64,000 nt of DNA from Callorhinchus milii (Eukaryota). Within the stretch, counting starts at the first letter, position 1. Each line of letters begins with the position of its first letter. The translations under genes were made by a program, and so were the position numbers. This document shows positions 25,229 to 37,712 of this stretch, piece after piece. The stretch lies in contig NW_024704743.1 in the NCBI RefSeq assembly GCF_018977255.1, forward strand, positions 40,178,001 to 40,242,000, given 5' to 3'. The notes beneath the pieces are model-generated. The model did not search any database, was not told the origin of the DNA, and saw only the letters and a list, made by a program, of their open reading frames with translations.

Positions 25229-25542
25229 GGAGTCCTGTAGCTCAGTGGTTAGAGCACTCGCTTTGCAAGTGAGAGACCTGAGTTCAATTCCAGGCAGGGC
25301 GAAACCTTGGGCAAGTTTCCTTACTCCACACCCCTAATAATAATCCCTCCAAAAAAAACCAATAATAAATTGATTATTTTCAATCCATGACTGTTTGTGG
25401 GACATTGCTGTGCGCAATTGGCTGCCGTGTTCGCCCACAAATATACAGTCAATTCACTTTACAGTATATTCTGTGGAGCGCTTTGGGACATCTAGAAGAT
25501 GTGAAAAGCGCTGTATCAAATGCAAGGATTATTATTATTATA
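25229..25542 (+). mobile_element. tRNA(Ala)-derived SINE type A, full length
   Basis: A box TAGCTCAGTGG, TGC anticodon loop, B box GAGTTCAATTCC and (ATT)n tail. Confidence 0.93.
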
Positions 25543-26473
25543 ATGAAGGATAATTGGAAATATTATTATTAAACAATCTCTGAAAGTGTGTGCCACATCA
25601 CTTTCGTTTTCAAACCCACTGGCACCAAATACTCATTCTGGCAAATCAGATTTCTGTGTGGCCTGCATTGTGCACAGCAAAGATAAACAGTCAACCTTTA
25701 AATCCGCCTATTCAATTTCCTCCATGCTTTTCTGTGGTACTGTCCACATAATCCATAATTTACAATTATGTAAATGTCCACTAGGGACATCTCTGAATAC
25801 TCTGTCCATCAGCTTGTAAATTCTGTTCAAATAGTGGACTTCTGCAGCTTGAAAGCCTGGATTTAAATCATTCCTTATGGAGTTTGTTGAAATTGCTAAC
25901 TCCCTACCAGTCTGTCATTCTGAACATCACACCAGAAATTTAATAAAAACACCCTAATCACTATCAGCTGGTAGCAGACATAAACTCCCTCTTTACTTCA
26001 GCTTGTGTCAGAGCTCCTAGTTCTTAAATATATATATGGGCAAATAAGTCAGAAAGATAGTAATTTTAGAAAGCTCTGCGTTAGAGAAATTAATTGCAGG
26101 CCATGCTTCTGCATAAATTTAAGTTAAAGAGATTGTTAAATAACAAAAATGTGTTTACTTTGTACCCTGCAAGACTATTATAATTTAAAATGAATTACGA
26201 AAAGGTACGTTTTGGTTCCAAATAATAATAATAGGAATAAAACACCTGTATGTCATAAGAAGAGACAATAATGCAGGGAAAATATACCATTTACCGCTTC
26301 CATTTACCCTGAAAACCTCTCAAAATCTACTCTGGTAACCTTGAGCTCAAAGGCAACAAGTTAACAAACCAATATGTATCGAGGAAGGAAGTGGAGGTGG
26401 ATAATGTGTCCCTTTTTAAGAAGTAGTTGGATTATCCTTTGACAGCAACGAGTATTGGAGGGTATTTAGAGAT

Positions 26474-27025
26474 AACAACAACAACTTGGATTTATATAGC
26501 GCCCTTCACGCCGGACGGCATCTCAGAGCGCTTCACAGCAACGGATCCCGGGGCCGAGCCAGGGGGAGGGGGAAGAAGGTGACTAAAGGTGCGGTTGAAA
26601 GGAAAGGTCTTCAGCAGAGACCTGAAAATAGGAGGAGAAGGAGCGAGGCGAAGGGAGTGAGGAAGAGAGTTCCAGAGCCTCAGGGCATAGTGGCTGAAGG
26701 CACGGCTGCCGAGGGTGGAGCGGAGGACTAGGGGGATAAGAAGGAGGCCAGACCTGGAGGAACGAAGGCAAAGGGCACTGTTTTGAGGAGAGAGGTTAGA
26801 AAGGTAGAGGTGTGCAGAGGAGTGGAGGGATTCGAAGACAAGGGTGAGGATCTTGAAGTCGATCCTATCTGGGACAGGCAGCCAGTGCAGTCTGGCAAGG
26901 GCTGGGGTGATCAGGGAGCGGAGTTTGGTGCGGGTGAGAATGCAGGTGGCAGAGTTTTGAATGATCTGGATATTATGGATGGTAGTGGATGGGAGACACG
27001 CGAGGAGGGTGTTAGAATAGTCAGG
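26474..27025 (-). mobile_element. L2 LINE 3' portion (tail variant B)
   Basis: (CAA)n tail. Minus strand AGCGCTCTGAGATGCCGTCCGGCGTGAAGGGCGCT stem-loop. Closely similar to 15715-16250. Confidence 0.9.
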
Positions 27026-27482
27026 GGAGATGTTAATTCAATATGAGACTGGCCAGATGCACTTTAGTGGTCTTGTCTGGTCCTCCATACTCCTATGTTC
27101 CTATATTAGAGGACATCAATTTAAGACAGCTAGTAAATGAGTAAATGGAGAGTTTTGCAGAATTTTTCTTTTATCTCTGGAATTTCATGTGTAGGTGGGA
27201 TGTATGGAAATCTGTTTGGTTTGGATATCTCTTTAAGCATTGTGAAGGTTTTCCTTATGTGTCAAACACCTGGCTGGATTCTACTTTTGCACCAGACTAT
27301 TCGGTGCAAATTTGTTCTCTCAGAATCTTTTGTGGCATCAAACTTTAATTAAAGTCATTTGCTTGCCATTCATTGGGCAGAGGGTTCAAATATTTCACAA
27401 TAAATGAAGCAGAAGCAAGTTCACATTGACATGACAGTAATGTTCAAGAAACTTATTTTTTCTCTCAGCAACCAGAGACCTG

Positions 27483-27781
27483 TGGAATCCTGTCGCTCAG
27501 TGGTTAGAGCACTTGCCTTGCAAGTGAGACACTGGGTTCAATTCCAGGCAGGGCAAAGCTTGGGCAAGTTTCCTTACTCCACACACCTAATAATAATCCC
27601 TCCAAAACAAGACAATAATTAATTGGTCATTTTCAATCTACGACTGTTTGTGGGACACTGCTGTGCGCAATTGGCTGCCGCGTTTCGCCCACAAATATAC
27701 GGTTATTTCATTTTACAGTCTATTCTGTGAAGTGCTTTGAGACGTCAAGAAGACGTGAAAAATGCAAGGATTATTATTATT
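27483..27781 (+). mobile_element. tRNA-SINE type A
   Basis: Same architecture as 25229-25542. Confidence 0.9.
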
Positions 27782-28019
27782 TATATAAGCACTCTGGGTT
27801 ACTGCTGGCAGTAACTCCACAAGGCTATTGTTCAATAGATCTGTCAGCATGTCGATAACTCCTAGGTCTAAATATCAAAATGCACACCCTAAGGTATTCT
27901 GGCCATGTTCAAATCAAAAAATATGGGTATCACTGAAGCAGATAGTGTTAACACCTGGCCAGTTTGTAATAAGTATAATCATTTACTTTCCTGTATCTTT
28001 ACCTGCACTTACCACAAAG

Positions 28020-28398
28020 TCACAAGAAAGGCTTGGATGGACAAGACCTTTTCACCCATTTGATCTCATTCATCCAGAAAAACCACCCCATTCTCCTCTC
28101 AACACAGCATCAAGCATTTTTTTTTAATGAGTCCAGAAGCCTCAAATACCTTTGGCAATCTGTTTTAGTCGTTAATTACCTTATAGGTAAATAAATATTT
28201 CCTAGAATTTGTCCTCAAAAGGACCCTTTGAAATCTTAAAACCTGTGTCTCCTTGTTTTGCTGTCTTGGTGCATTCAAACTTATTGGTTTGGAATTATTT
28301 TCTCAATCTCATTTCCCATTTAAAACAATATACAACACTATAAGATATGTCACTGAGATGTCTCCTTTCAAAACTGATGATCCTTAGCTTGCCCAATT
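28020..28398 (-). mobile_element. CR1 LINE 3' region, old
   Basis: Begins with accttttcacccatttgatctc (similar at 35282). The reverse strand resembles the CR1 ORF2 end (LF.FERRHLSDIS..). Confidence 0.55.
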
Positions 28399-28460
28399 AG
28401 AGAGTTTGCAGTGACAGAGAGAGAGAGTGCTGGTTGACAAAAAACTCAGTCACATCTAGT

Positions 28461-28732
28461 GAGTTGGCCTGTGTTTTTGTGTGTTGGATGTACATATACT
28501 TGGGAATAGTGTGTGGAGAAAGACACCTGATATACTGGAATAAGACGAATATCAAATTGACAGGAGGAGACGACTACACAGTGTTGGTGAAAATGAGCAA
28601 TTATCTGGATATAATCTGTCCTCATTACAAAGACGGTTTGGACACAGAGCAGATGGAGCATTACACATGGTCTCCGACACAGACTTTCACGCATGTATAC
28701 CTGGCGACACAAACCAGCTCTGCTGTAAATGA
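28461..28732 (+). pseudogene. EFNA1: Ephrin-A (EFNA1-like) processed pseudogene fragment
   Basis: Signal-peptide-like ELACVFVCWMYIYLGIVCG, then ERHLIYWNKTNIK-LTGGDDYTVLVKMSNYLDIICPHYKDGLDTEQMEHY. After a frameshift near 28666 it continues MVSDTDFHACIPGDTNQL (the ephrin YxLYMV...C motif), with a stop at 28730. No intron at the usual exon 1/2 junction, and no ATG where the peptide should start. DIICPHY is the EFNA1-type variant, so the paralog call is tentative. Confidence 0.85.
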
Positions 28733-29309
28733 AGGGGTGGAGGGTGTAAATAAATGGGAACGTTGCTAATCTTCCACTGAGTGCAACACCTGCTAGTGGT
28801 CAGAGAAACACTCCTGGTGTCCTGGCAGGAGAGAGGGAGATAGTTTGGTACTTTGTTACCAAAGTGAGCTAGAGAAAGGAGCAACTTGGTGAGTTAAAAT
28901 AAATGTTCACAGCCCAGGTCACTTGAGTATGGTACCACCAGAATCATAATAATCCTTGCATTTGATATAGTGCCTTATCCCATCGTTGAGACATCTCAAA
29001 GTGCTTCACAGAATATACACAGTTTACTCAACTACGCAACTTTGGACAACAGTCTTTGAGACACTACATGCAATGGGTGATGTGATCGTTGTCACCAATT
29101 ATAATTATTACAATGCTGAATGTAAAATTTAAACCCGACTTTAATTCTGAATAAATCAATTGAGTTTCACTAGTATTCCATGTAGCGGATCTGAAATGTC
29201 ATGTTTGTGGAACACCTGTATCAAAGATATGTCCCAAGAGGGCCTCAGACAATAAAAGTCAGGAAAAAGGTGTTCATTTGTGATCATTTCCAAATCTGTC
29301 AATAATTAA

Positions 29310-29950
29310 GCACAGGTTTGGTGATATAATTACCCCCAATACAAACTCTACTTCTCCGCCTCTACCCTCCATAATAGGACCACTGCTGTCTTCACAGACT
29401 GCCTAACATACAACAAGTCCTGGATGAGAGACAAATTTCTCCAGTTGTATGCCAACAGATTGAAGCCCTCCTGCTTGGCTCCCATTAGCGCCTCCATACC
29501 TCTGGCACTGACTCCAATGGCTCGCCATCACATAGAGGATACCAATCAAGATCCTGCTTCTCACCTTCAAAGCCCTCCATGGCCTTGCTCTTCCCTACCT
29601 CTGTGACCTCCTAACCACCTACCTCCACTCAATGAGCTCCAGCCAGCTTCACATTCCCTGCCTTGCCCGCCCCACCATTGGTGGGCGGGCTTTAAGCTTC
29701 TCTGCCCCCACCCTCTGGATCGCCATCCCACAGTCCCTCCGCCTCACCCCCTCTCTTGCCACCTTCAAGACCTGTCTCAAAACCTTCCTGTTCGACCTAG
29801 CCTTCGGTCACCCTCCTACCCCTATCCTCCCAGTCCTCCACCCCTCCTGATCCCAACCACCAGCTCGGGTGTGGATCCTTAACTGTCCAGTGTCTTGGGA
29901 CGTCCTCCTGACATGAAAGGCGCTAAACAAACATAATTTGTTGTTGTTAT
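29310..29950 (+). mobile_element. L2 LINE, 5'-truncated with internal deletion
   Basis: WMRDKFLQL and ARPTIGGRALSFSAPTLWIAIPQSLRL..FKTCLKTFLFD, ending in a (TTG)n tail. Confidence 0.88.
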
Positions 29951-31814
29951 TACATAACATAGTGCATTCTTCACCCTGATATTGGAGACTGAATGGTACC
30001 AGTTGGAAGACAGGCTCCAGGTGGAAAATCACTGCGTGTCATAATAGGACTCTCTCTACTACCGAGACAAAAATAGCAAGATTTAAGCTTTGAAATTTGT
30101 TAAACATATGATGTGAACTTCATGTGATGGTGGTCTGTCATTTCACCAACATCTCTGGAACAAGCATATAAATTCCATGATGTATGGCAGAGTCAACTAT
30201 TCTCAACATGAAGATTGTTTCCTACTTTTTAACTGACACATTTGTAGATGTCAACACTGAGCTTTTCTCATATCAAAGGAACTGCTTTTAGCATAAAGCT
30301 TCTTCTTGCACAAAGTCTCTCAATTCTCTGAGGAAGGCAGGGAAACTTACCAGATTATAGCTGTCGTTTATATCCATGAGAAATGGCCTGTGGCAAATCC
30401 CAACAAGCTAACCTACTAGGAGATCAGGCTGCTTGTGCAAATGAGAACACTCCAAGTTTACAGTGACACAATAACGAGAGAATACTGGGCCTCAGAGGAT
30501 TGAAATTCCAGTTATTGTCATTGTGTGTAGTGACATTGACAATGTCGGACTCAAATGGGATTTCCCCATTATAATCATCCTATTAGATGTTAGTCTGTGT
30601 AGAGGACTGGGAGGATTTGGCCATGCCTGCAGATAATCTACTCTGGGTATTCAAGAAGACGTAACATTAGATAGAAAGTGATTAGGGTTTTAATTGTTAA
30701 TGGGCATCCCAAGTTCCTTTTCATGATTGCCAGCAAAATACACAGTCAATCCACTTTACAATATATTCTGTGAGGCGTTTTGAGATGTCTCAATGTTGTG
30801 ATCAGGCACTATATAAATTGCAATGATTATTATTATTATTATCCAATGACCCCCATTGGAAACTGGAACTTTGTTAATGATCGGATGACTACAGGATTGA
30901 GCTCAGCTGTCAGACTCTCCACAGTTGAGTAATCTGCTACCATTTGCTTTCTATCGTGAAGAATGGACAAGGTAAAAGATGCACAGAAAGCACCTCAGCC
31001 CAGCATGAGATAGTTCGTTTAGAAGGCAAAGGGAGAAAACAGATATCAAAGAGAGGTGTCTACTCAAAATAAGCCATTGATACCTATGCTAGCTTCTTTT
31101 CTTTGTTATATAATTAAGATGTACACATTACCTCATAATATATTTACTGCACTATTCAAACATGTATATGAACCTCTTCCTCTATTGTGATCCACCTCAT
31201 TACCAAATGAAGTATCAAAACATGTACTCACTCCAGTCACACATACATGTCTGATGGGACCAACTGCCCATGGCTATTGAAATGTTGCATGTACCATTGG
31301 AGATAACGGTTGGGACGAGCCTTGACTTTGTTTAAAAGAGAAGCATTTTTTATTGAAAAGTAATGCATGTTAATAAGAATATCATTTCAATAACCCAACA
31401 CAGATCTAGGGGCACTGAAGAAGAGTTATCTGCTCATAATTCACTCTGAAATTGTCAACTGTATCATTGACGTCTCCATTGTAAGGTAAGAACAAAGGCT
31501 CAAAATGCTTATGACTATTCACAGCAACTGCTAATTGGGAATCTAAAAACCTCAGAAGATATTTATCTCAATTTCAATTAGAACCATCAAGAACATCTCA
31601 CTTAGAAAAAAATAAGAGAATTCAAAGGGGACTTATTTTAGACTCCAAACATGCAACTCTATGACACTATTTTTTGCAAACATAGTTCTAATCTGTTGAA
31701 ATCTACAGGACTTCTGTGAAATAGTGAGTTGAATCTTATTTTTGCTTCAATTAAACAGATGACTTTTAAATTCAGATGTCTAATAGAGACCTTGTTCAAA
31801 GCTTGGGTTGAACT

Positions 31815-32010
31815 GTTGTAATGGTGGACCACACCTTCTGGAATACCATTCCAAGGCCCTTCCCTCACTTCCTTCAAAGTCTGCCTCAAGACCTTCCTCT
31901 TTGACCATCTTTTCTCTTCCCACCTTGCCTCAGCCCATCAGTACCCACCACCACCTCGGGTGCAAACTTGGGACTGCCCAGCTTCTTGGGATGGGCTCCC
32001 AATGTGAATC
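31815..32010 (+). mobile_element. L2 LINE 3' fragment, old
   Basis: ctggaataccattcc..ttcaaagtctgcctcaagaccttcctctttgacc..ttgggatgggctcccaatgtgaa. Confidence 0.7.
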
Positions 32011-32129
32011 GTAAATTGGTAATCTATTATAATGGCTGAATTGAACTTGAAAATTAGTTGTGAAATGAATATTTATTCTTTGAAATAAAATGTCCTACTG
32101 CTTCCACTGGATGATATCAAAGGCAGAAC

Positions 32130-32630
32130 AATCTGCCTCCCGCATTCTTACCCGGACCAAACTCCGCTTCCCGATTACCCCAGTCCTTGCCAGACTGCAC
32201 TGGCTGCCTGTCCCAGAGAGGATCTACTTCATGATCCTCACTCCTGTCTTCAAATCCCTCCACTCCTTTGCACCCCTCTTAAATCTTAGTGTATTCGACT
32301 GGCTGACCTCTCTCCTCACAACAGTGCTCGTTCCCTTTGTTCCACCGGGTCTGGCCTCCTCCTTGTCCCCCGAATCCTCCACTCCACAGTCAGCGGCTGT
32401 GCCTTCAGACACTATGCCTCGAGGCTCTGGAACTCCCTTCCTCACTCCCTTCGCTTCGCCCCCTCTCTTCCTTTTTTCAGGTCTCAGCTGAAGACCTTTC
32501 CTTTCGACCACACCTTTGGTCACCTTCCTCCCTCTCCCCCTGGCTCGGCCCCGGGATCCGTCACTGTGAAGCGCTCTGAGATGCCGTCCAGCATGGCGGG
32601 TGCTCTATAAATCCAAGTTGTTGTTGTTGT
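32130..32630 (+). mobile_element. L2 LINE 3' portion (tail variant B)
   Basis: SASRILTRTKLRFPITPVLARLHWLPVPERI, ending in a stem-loop and (TTG)n. Confidence 0.9.
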
Positions 32631-35600
32631 CGAATACACTAAGATTTAAGATGGCAGTTCAATAAACTGGCTCCGATATGCAGGACAGTCGATTCAAAGA
32701 TGCTGCAGGCAAGCTGGGGCAGGCTGTGAATCAAAGTTGCTACAAGCAGCTTTGGGTTCAACCGTTTGTACAAAGTCGAGAAAAGGGAGGTGCAGCCACA
32801 GCCCTTGTTGGGAATGGAAGGTCTGACAATTTGATAATTTCCACCAATTATGTCACATAAAATGTCACATGTTTCACTCCATTGAAAGTCTCTCACTGGC
32901 ACTAAGGTTTATCCACTAGATGAGATGTTGAATTCATTGATGTGGCTGCTAAGGTGTGCGTTGGACCATGTTTATCCACTCCACCGAGTGACAGACAATC
33001 ACAGAAACCTGACCATTTGAGAGGGAGGAAAGCACATGTCATTAACTTCACTGATTTTCATTTCACTACTGGCAAACTCAGAGAAGACAAGCATACCTTG
33101 AACTTACTGCCCACGAAGTAAGCTGTATAAAAAGAATGACACCGTTGGTAACTGGCACTGTCACCAATCGTGCCCGTATGCACATCTTGTTTTATTCATA
33201 ATGTGTGTATGTCTCTGCTTCAGTAGCTTGACATTTAAGAAAAAATGTACTCAGAATTAAAACAAAGTCACCATGGTACTAAAATAATGGTACAGTAGAA
33301 TTATGTATACCTACACACCAACTGCCTGCATGCCTGAATATCCACATAAGGCACAAATGTGGATGTAATGTTTTGACAAAGCCACACATACATGCAACAT
33401 TGTGGTTTTAATGGAGTAGGATCAACAGGTTGAGCAGTTTTGTAAGCAAAATATTTCATAGAGATATGGACACATACAGAACTTAGAAAGGCTGAGCTAC
33501 ACATTGTTATAGATAGAGATATATTATTTTCAAATCCGCAATGAAGTTGTTTCCAGTTGCTACAGATGTCGAGTTTTATAGTTGTTTTTTAATCTGTTAA
33601 TACATATTGATCTTTTCCGTCCCCACCCCACTCAACTTCCACCCCAGCTCGGGTGCCAAGTCAGGATTGCTGTGCACCTTGGACATTCTCCTGACGTGAA
33701 AAACATTATAGAAATGGAAATTTTTATTGTATTCTTGTACTGCTTATGGAGGAACTGATCCATTTAAAGAATAACTCTTTCCTGGCAGAACCTAACACAA
33801 AATTATCACAATTCCACCATTTGGTGAGAGAACAAATGCAATAGGATTGCAATGTAAAATAAAATAATAAAATAATAAATAAAATATTAATTTGGTCACT
33901 CAATCCACAACTATTGATGGGACACTGCTGTGCGCAATTGGCTGCTGCGTTTCATTTCACCCACATAGTCAGTTCACTTTACAGTGTATTCTGTGAAGCA
34001 TTATGAGCCTTCTCTCTATGTCAAATGCAAGGATTATTAGTATTATTATTATTTCATTATCAAAGAATTTCATAATAGGAGCAGGGAGTTAATTAAATGA
34101 GAAGATATTAATTCTCACTTTGTGTTTGATCCCTTCCCTTTGCTTGGAATTAAAAATAATATAGGAATTTGATAAAAATCATTGTGTGAAACATCTATAT
34201 GCACTGCACTACTTTGATTGTATTGTTAAAATGCAAAGCTCTGAAGATCATGCTGTAAAAATCATATCTACATTCAATATTTGTAATTTTTTTCTGTCAA
34301 CTGAGAAAGTAATAAGTTATCTTGCCACTGATTTATAAAAGCCCCAGAAGGATTTGCAATGATAGTTAATGTTGGGCACACCAATTGGTTTTACTAAGCC
34401 TGGAGACTCTAAACTGGAAGTTTTTAAATCTTTCATTTTAATGGCTTATTATTTCTTTTGAAGAATGTACTTGCTTTTCACTGCTTTAAAAGTTTCCTAC
34501 CCAAGAGGTTTTGAATTTGTATCGTATTATATTCATGATTTTTCTTTCTCAAATGGGTGAAAAATGATGCTTCACAATAGATTTAATATAATTAGTATAT
34601 CCAATCTGCTATGAAATATCGTTTTTCACCTTACAGTCCAAAAATCTATCAATATTATGTGATCATATTGAATGNTTTTTTCAATCCAAATTCTATGAAA
34701 ATCCTTTATTAATACACGAAAAAAGCTCAGGATGAAATATCAGGCAACCATTTCAATTTCCTTTCAATATCCATAAGGTTTTCTTGTCAAAACAGCCCAA
34801 TCCTACTTTATATGAAGTCTAATAGGAGATGAAAGGGGATTTTTTTTCTATTTTTGTCTTTCAACTGGTCTTTCATCCTTTTCCTTTGTGTTGTACTGTC
34901 CGTCCATCCCCCGGTTAAAAACATTCTTTTTTTTCATTTTTCCCTCCATTTTTTCCTCTGGAGACAACTTAGTCATTCTGGGATACAGTTCCACAGAAGC
35001 TTGCAGCTTTCTGATGCTTTTCACAAATGGCTTCTCTTCATACCAGAGACCGGACATTCAATGTTGGTGAAGGCTATTCATCTATGGAAAGCCAACACTA
35101 TGGAACTATGGAAAGCTGATCTTGTACTTACAGAATGTCTCCCACAGCTTCATTATAAATGTTGATATAAAAACATAAGTTTGCTGTGAGTACAAACTTA
35201 GTTATGTTGTCAGCGACAATGAAGATCCATAGTATGTGCACTATCAGCAATTTATCCAGGACTCTGGTTCAGATGAAGAAGACCCTTTGTCCCATTTGAT
35301 CTCAGGCAGCCAGATTACCCATCCTAACATCTTCCCATGCATAAAGCTGCTCTTTTAAATGAGTACAGTGTAGTGACCTCAACCATCTTTCCTGATAAGT
35401 ATACCAGAGCATTTATCATCTGTGTTCCCAATTATCTGTCGCACTCCACGCATCTCCTTTTTCTCGTCACGAGCTTCCTCATTCTATATGAAGAAAGTTC
35501 ATTTCAAGACATGTCCTCCAAAAAAATCAATGATATCCTTGTGTTCATCAAAAAACCTAAAACTTACCCCTGAATTTGCATTCTGAAAATTGCTAACTGG

Positions 35601-36089
35601 TAAAACAGAATTGTTCCTATTCTGTCCACATTAATCACCATGTAACTTCATTATAAATACTGTACCCTGAATATTCTATTCAGACTGATATGTTTTAATA
35701 GACTAAATCTTTTGTTTATTGTTTCAGTGTTATCTATATTTCTGAGTTTAAAAACTCAGAATTCTGGAATCAATTTTGCATTTACAATTAGAATGTCATA
35801 ACATTATTAAATAAGCAAAAGAACCGTCAATATAGTCTGACCAGGCAATGTAGCTGAGTCACAGGAAGCAATCCTGAACTAGAGCACAGCACTGTTCTAG
35901 CCCCTCCTGAAGTACTGTATAGAATTTGGGACATCACATTGCATTAAATTCATCCGAACAAAAACAACTTGCATTTATATAGTGCCCTTCATATGCAGGG
36001 TAGCTTTGGTGATGGTGCAGTGAACAGGCAATACAACTGTTGGCTGCAATTATGAGCTTGACTCAGGGATACCCCACAAATTGAGACTG

Positions 36090-36390
36090 TCCATACTGGA
36101 GGAGAAGGAGAAATTCACATTGAAGTGTTGAAGTTTTCAATGTCTATGGAAGCTGAACACCAATAATATCCTTAACGTAGTCACAAACATTATATTACGG
36201 AAGCACAGACTTATACTCAGAATAGGGAAGGTAAACAAACATTGTAGATTTAATAACTCTACATAGAGAGCAGAAAATACATGGAATGGACTATCCAGGG
36301 AGGCGTTGAAGGCAGATTGTGTCAGCAAATTCAAGAAAATATTAGACAGCTCTGGGGTGATTAAGTGGATTGAGCAGTATGAGAGCTGTG
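36090..36390 (+). mobile_element. CR1 LINE 3' region, old
   Basis: Degenerate LEE.RR..IEV.K and ..WNGLSREALKADCVSKFKKILD peptides typical of the CR1 ORF2 end. Confidence 0.6.
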
Positions 36391-37396
36391 TTGGATTTTA
36401 ATTTAAAATGTCCCACATTAGTCAGCTCCAGTAATGTACAAACCTGCCTCGTATTTATGGGTGAGTCTCATTGCCTTTAGTGCCTTGGGACATTTTCCTG
36501 ATGCGATTGAAACATGCTATATAAATGCAATTTGTTTGCGAGTAACAAAATTCATAACAAAATTCAACTTCAACCGTGGTTCTCATCCTTTTATATTAAA
36601 AGTTTAACAAAAAAAATTAGGACATATACAATCTAAAAAAAATGAAATGGTAAAACAATGAAATTAAATTAACTCTATTACAACTCTACATTCATTATAA
36701 TAAAATTTTCCAACACAAACATCCTCGGGTGTATCTAGACTCAAGGCTGCCACTGAATTGGAGTAAAATTGGAGTGGGACTCTAGATTATTTCACAATGG
36801 GTTTCTAGTGGATAGAAAAATTATTGTATGCTTGTAAATCAAGACAACATAATTTACACCAGCACCACATGGCACAGAAATGGATACATCAGGGTGTCAG
36901 GAGATGGGCAGATTACCATTGCTTCCCCATTATAAGAGAAATACTCATTGTGTTTTCACTGCTAATCTCCTAACCTGTTCCAGTAACATTCAGCATCATT
37001 GTGCTGGGGAATCAGACAGACACTAGTGATTAAAACTCCATAATATTTCAACCTTGTAGGGTGTAATGTAAATCCTCACTGCAAAATGCCCTTCAGTTGG
37101 AAATTATTATTATTGACTTATTTTGTTGTGAAAATATAACAAGTTGGAATTGCTTTAAGATATTCCATTCTTCCCACACATGAATATGATGGCAGCAACC
37201 CACAGATAAATTCATGTCATTGGATCTAAATGTAAACATAGGGAATGAAATGTCGACTCCCAATATGAGCTTCCTTTTAACTTCCAATTTGTACTTAATT
37301 TTGAAGTGTGAAATACATGTTAGACCTACAGTCCTGAAAGTTCATGAATAATATAGGTGCACGTACTTGGAAAACTCTGAATATGCATGCTTGATA

Positions 37397-37712
37397 ACAA
37401 TAATAATCCTTGCATTTGATATAGAGTCTTATCACATTGTTGAAAGGTCTCAAAGCACTTCACAACAACAACTTGTATTTAGGTAGTGTCCTTTATGCAG
37501 GGTAGAGACTCAGAGCATCTCAGAATATAGTGGAGTGACTGTGTATTTTATGGGTGAAATGCAGTAGCCAATTGGGTACAGCAGTGTCCCACAAACAGTC
37601 ATGGATTGAGTGACAACATTTTTTTTTAAGGGATTATTACCCCCGAAAAGCGATGCACCAATCGACTAACAACCAGATTCTACTCACTGCTGGGTAAGCA
37701 GAGGAGTGTGGA
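37397..37712 (-). mobile_element. tRNA-SINE type B, 5'-truncated, with a short L2 tail inserted at about 37463-37520
   Basis: (ATT)n tail, Deu 3' part and CORE-like segment, with an internal caacaacaacttgtattt..cagagcat piece. Confidence 0.75.

Noticed and set aside
25229..25305. tRNA-Ala(TGC)-like gene
   Set aside because: The acceptor stem does not pair, and the sequence continues into a SINE body and tail in many dispersed copies. It is a SINE head, not a tRNA.
28434..28769. Intact 111-aa ephrin CDS
   Set aside because: TTG start, a frameshift near 28666, and no remaining domain or GPI signal. The terminal KWERC resemblance is probably chance.
31412..31445. Hammerhead-like CTGAAGA-A-GAG..CTC
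   Set aside because: Followed by ATAA instead of GAAA, with no stem I or III.
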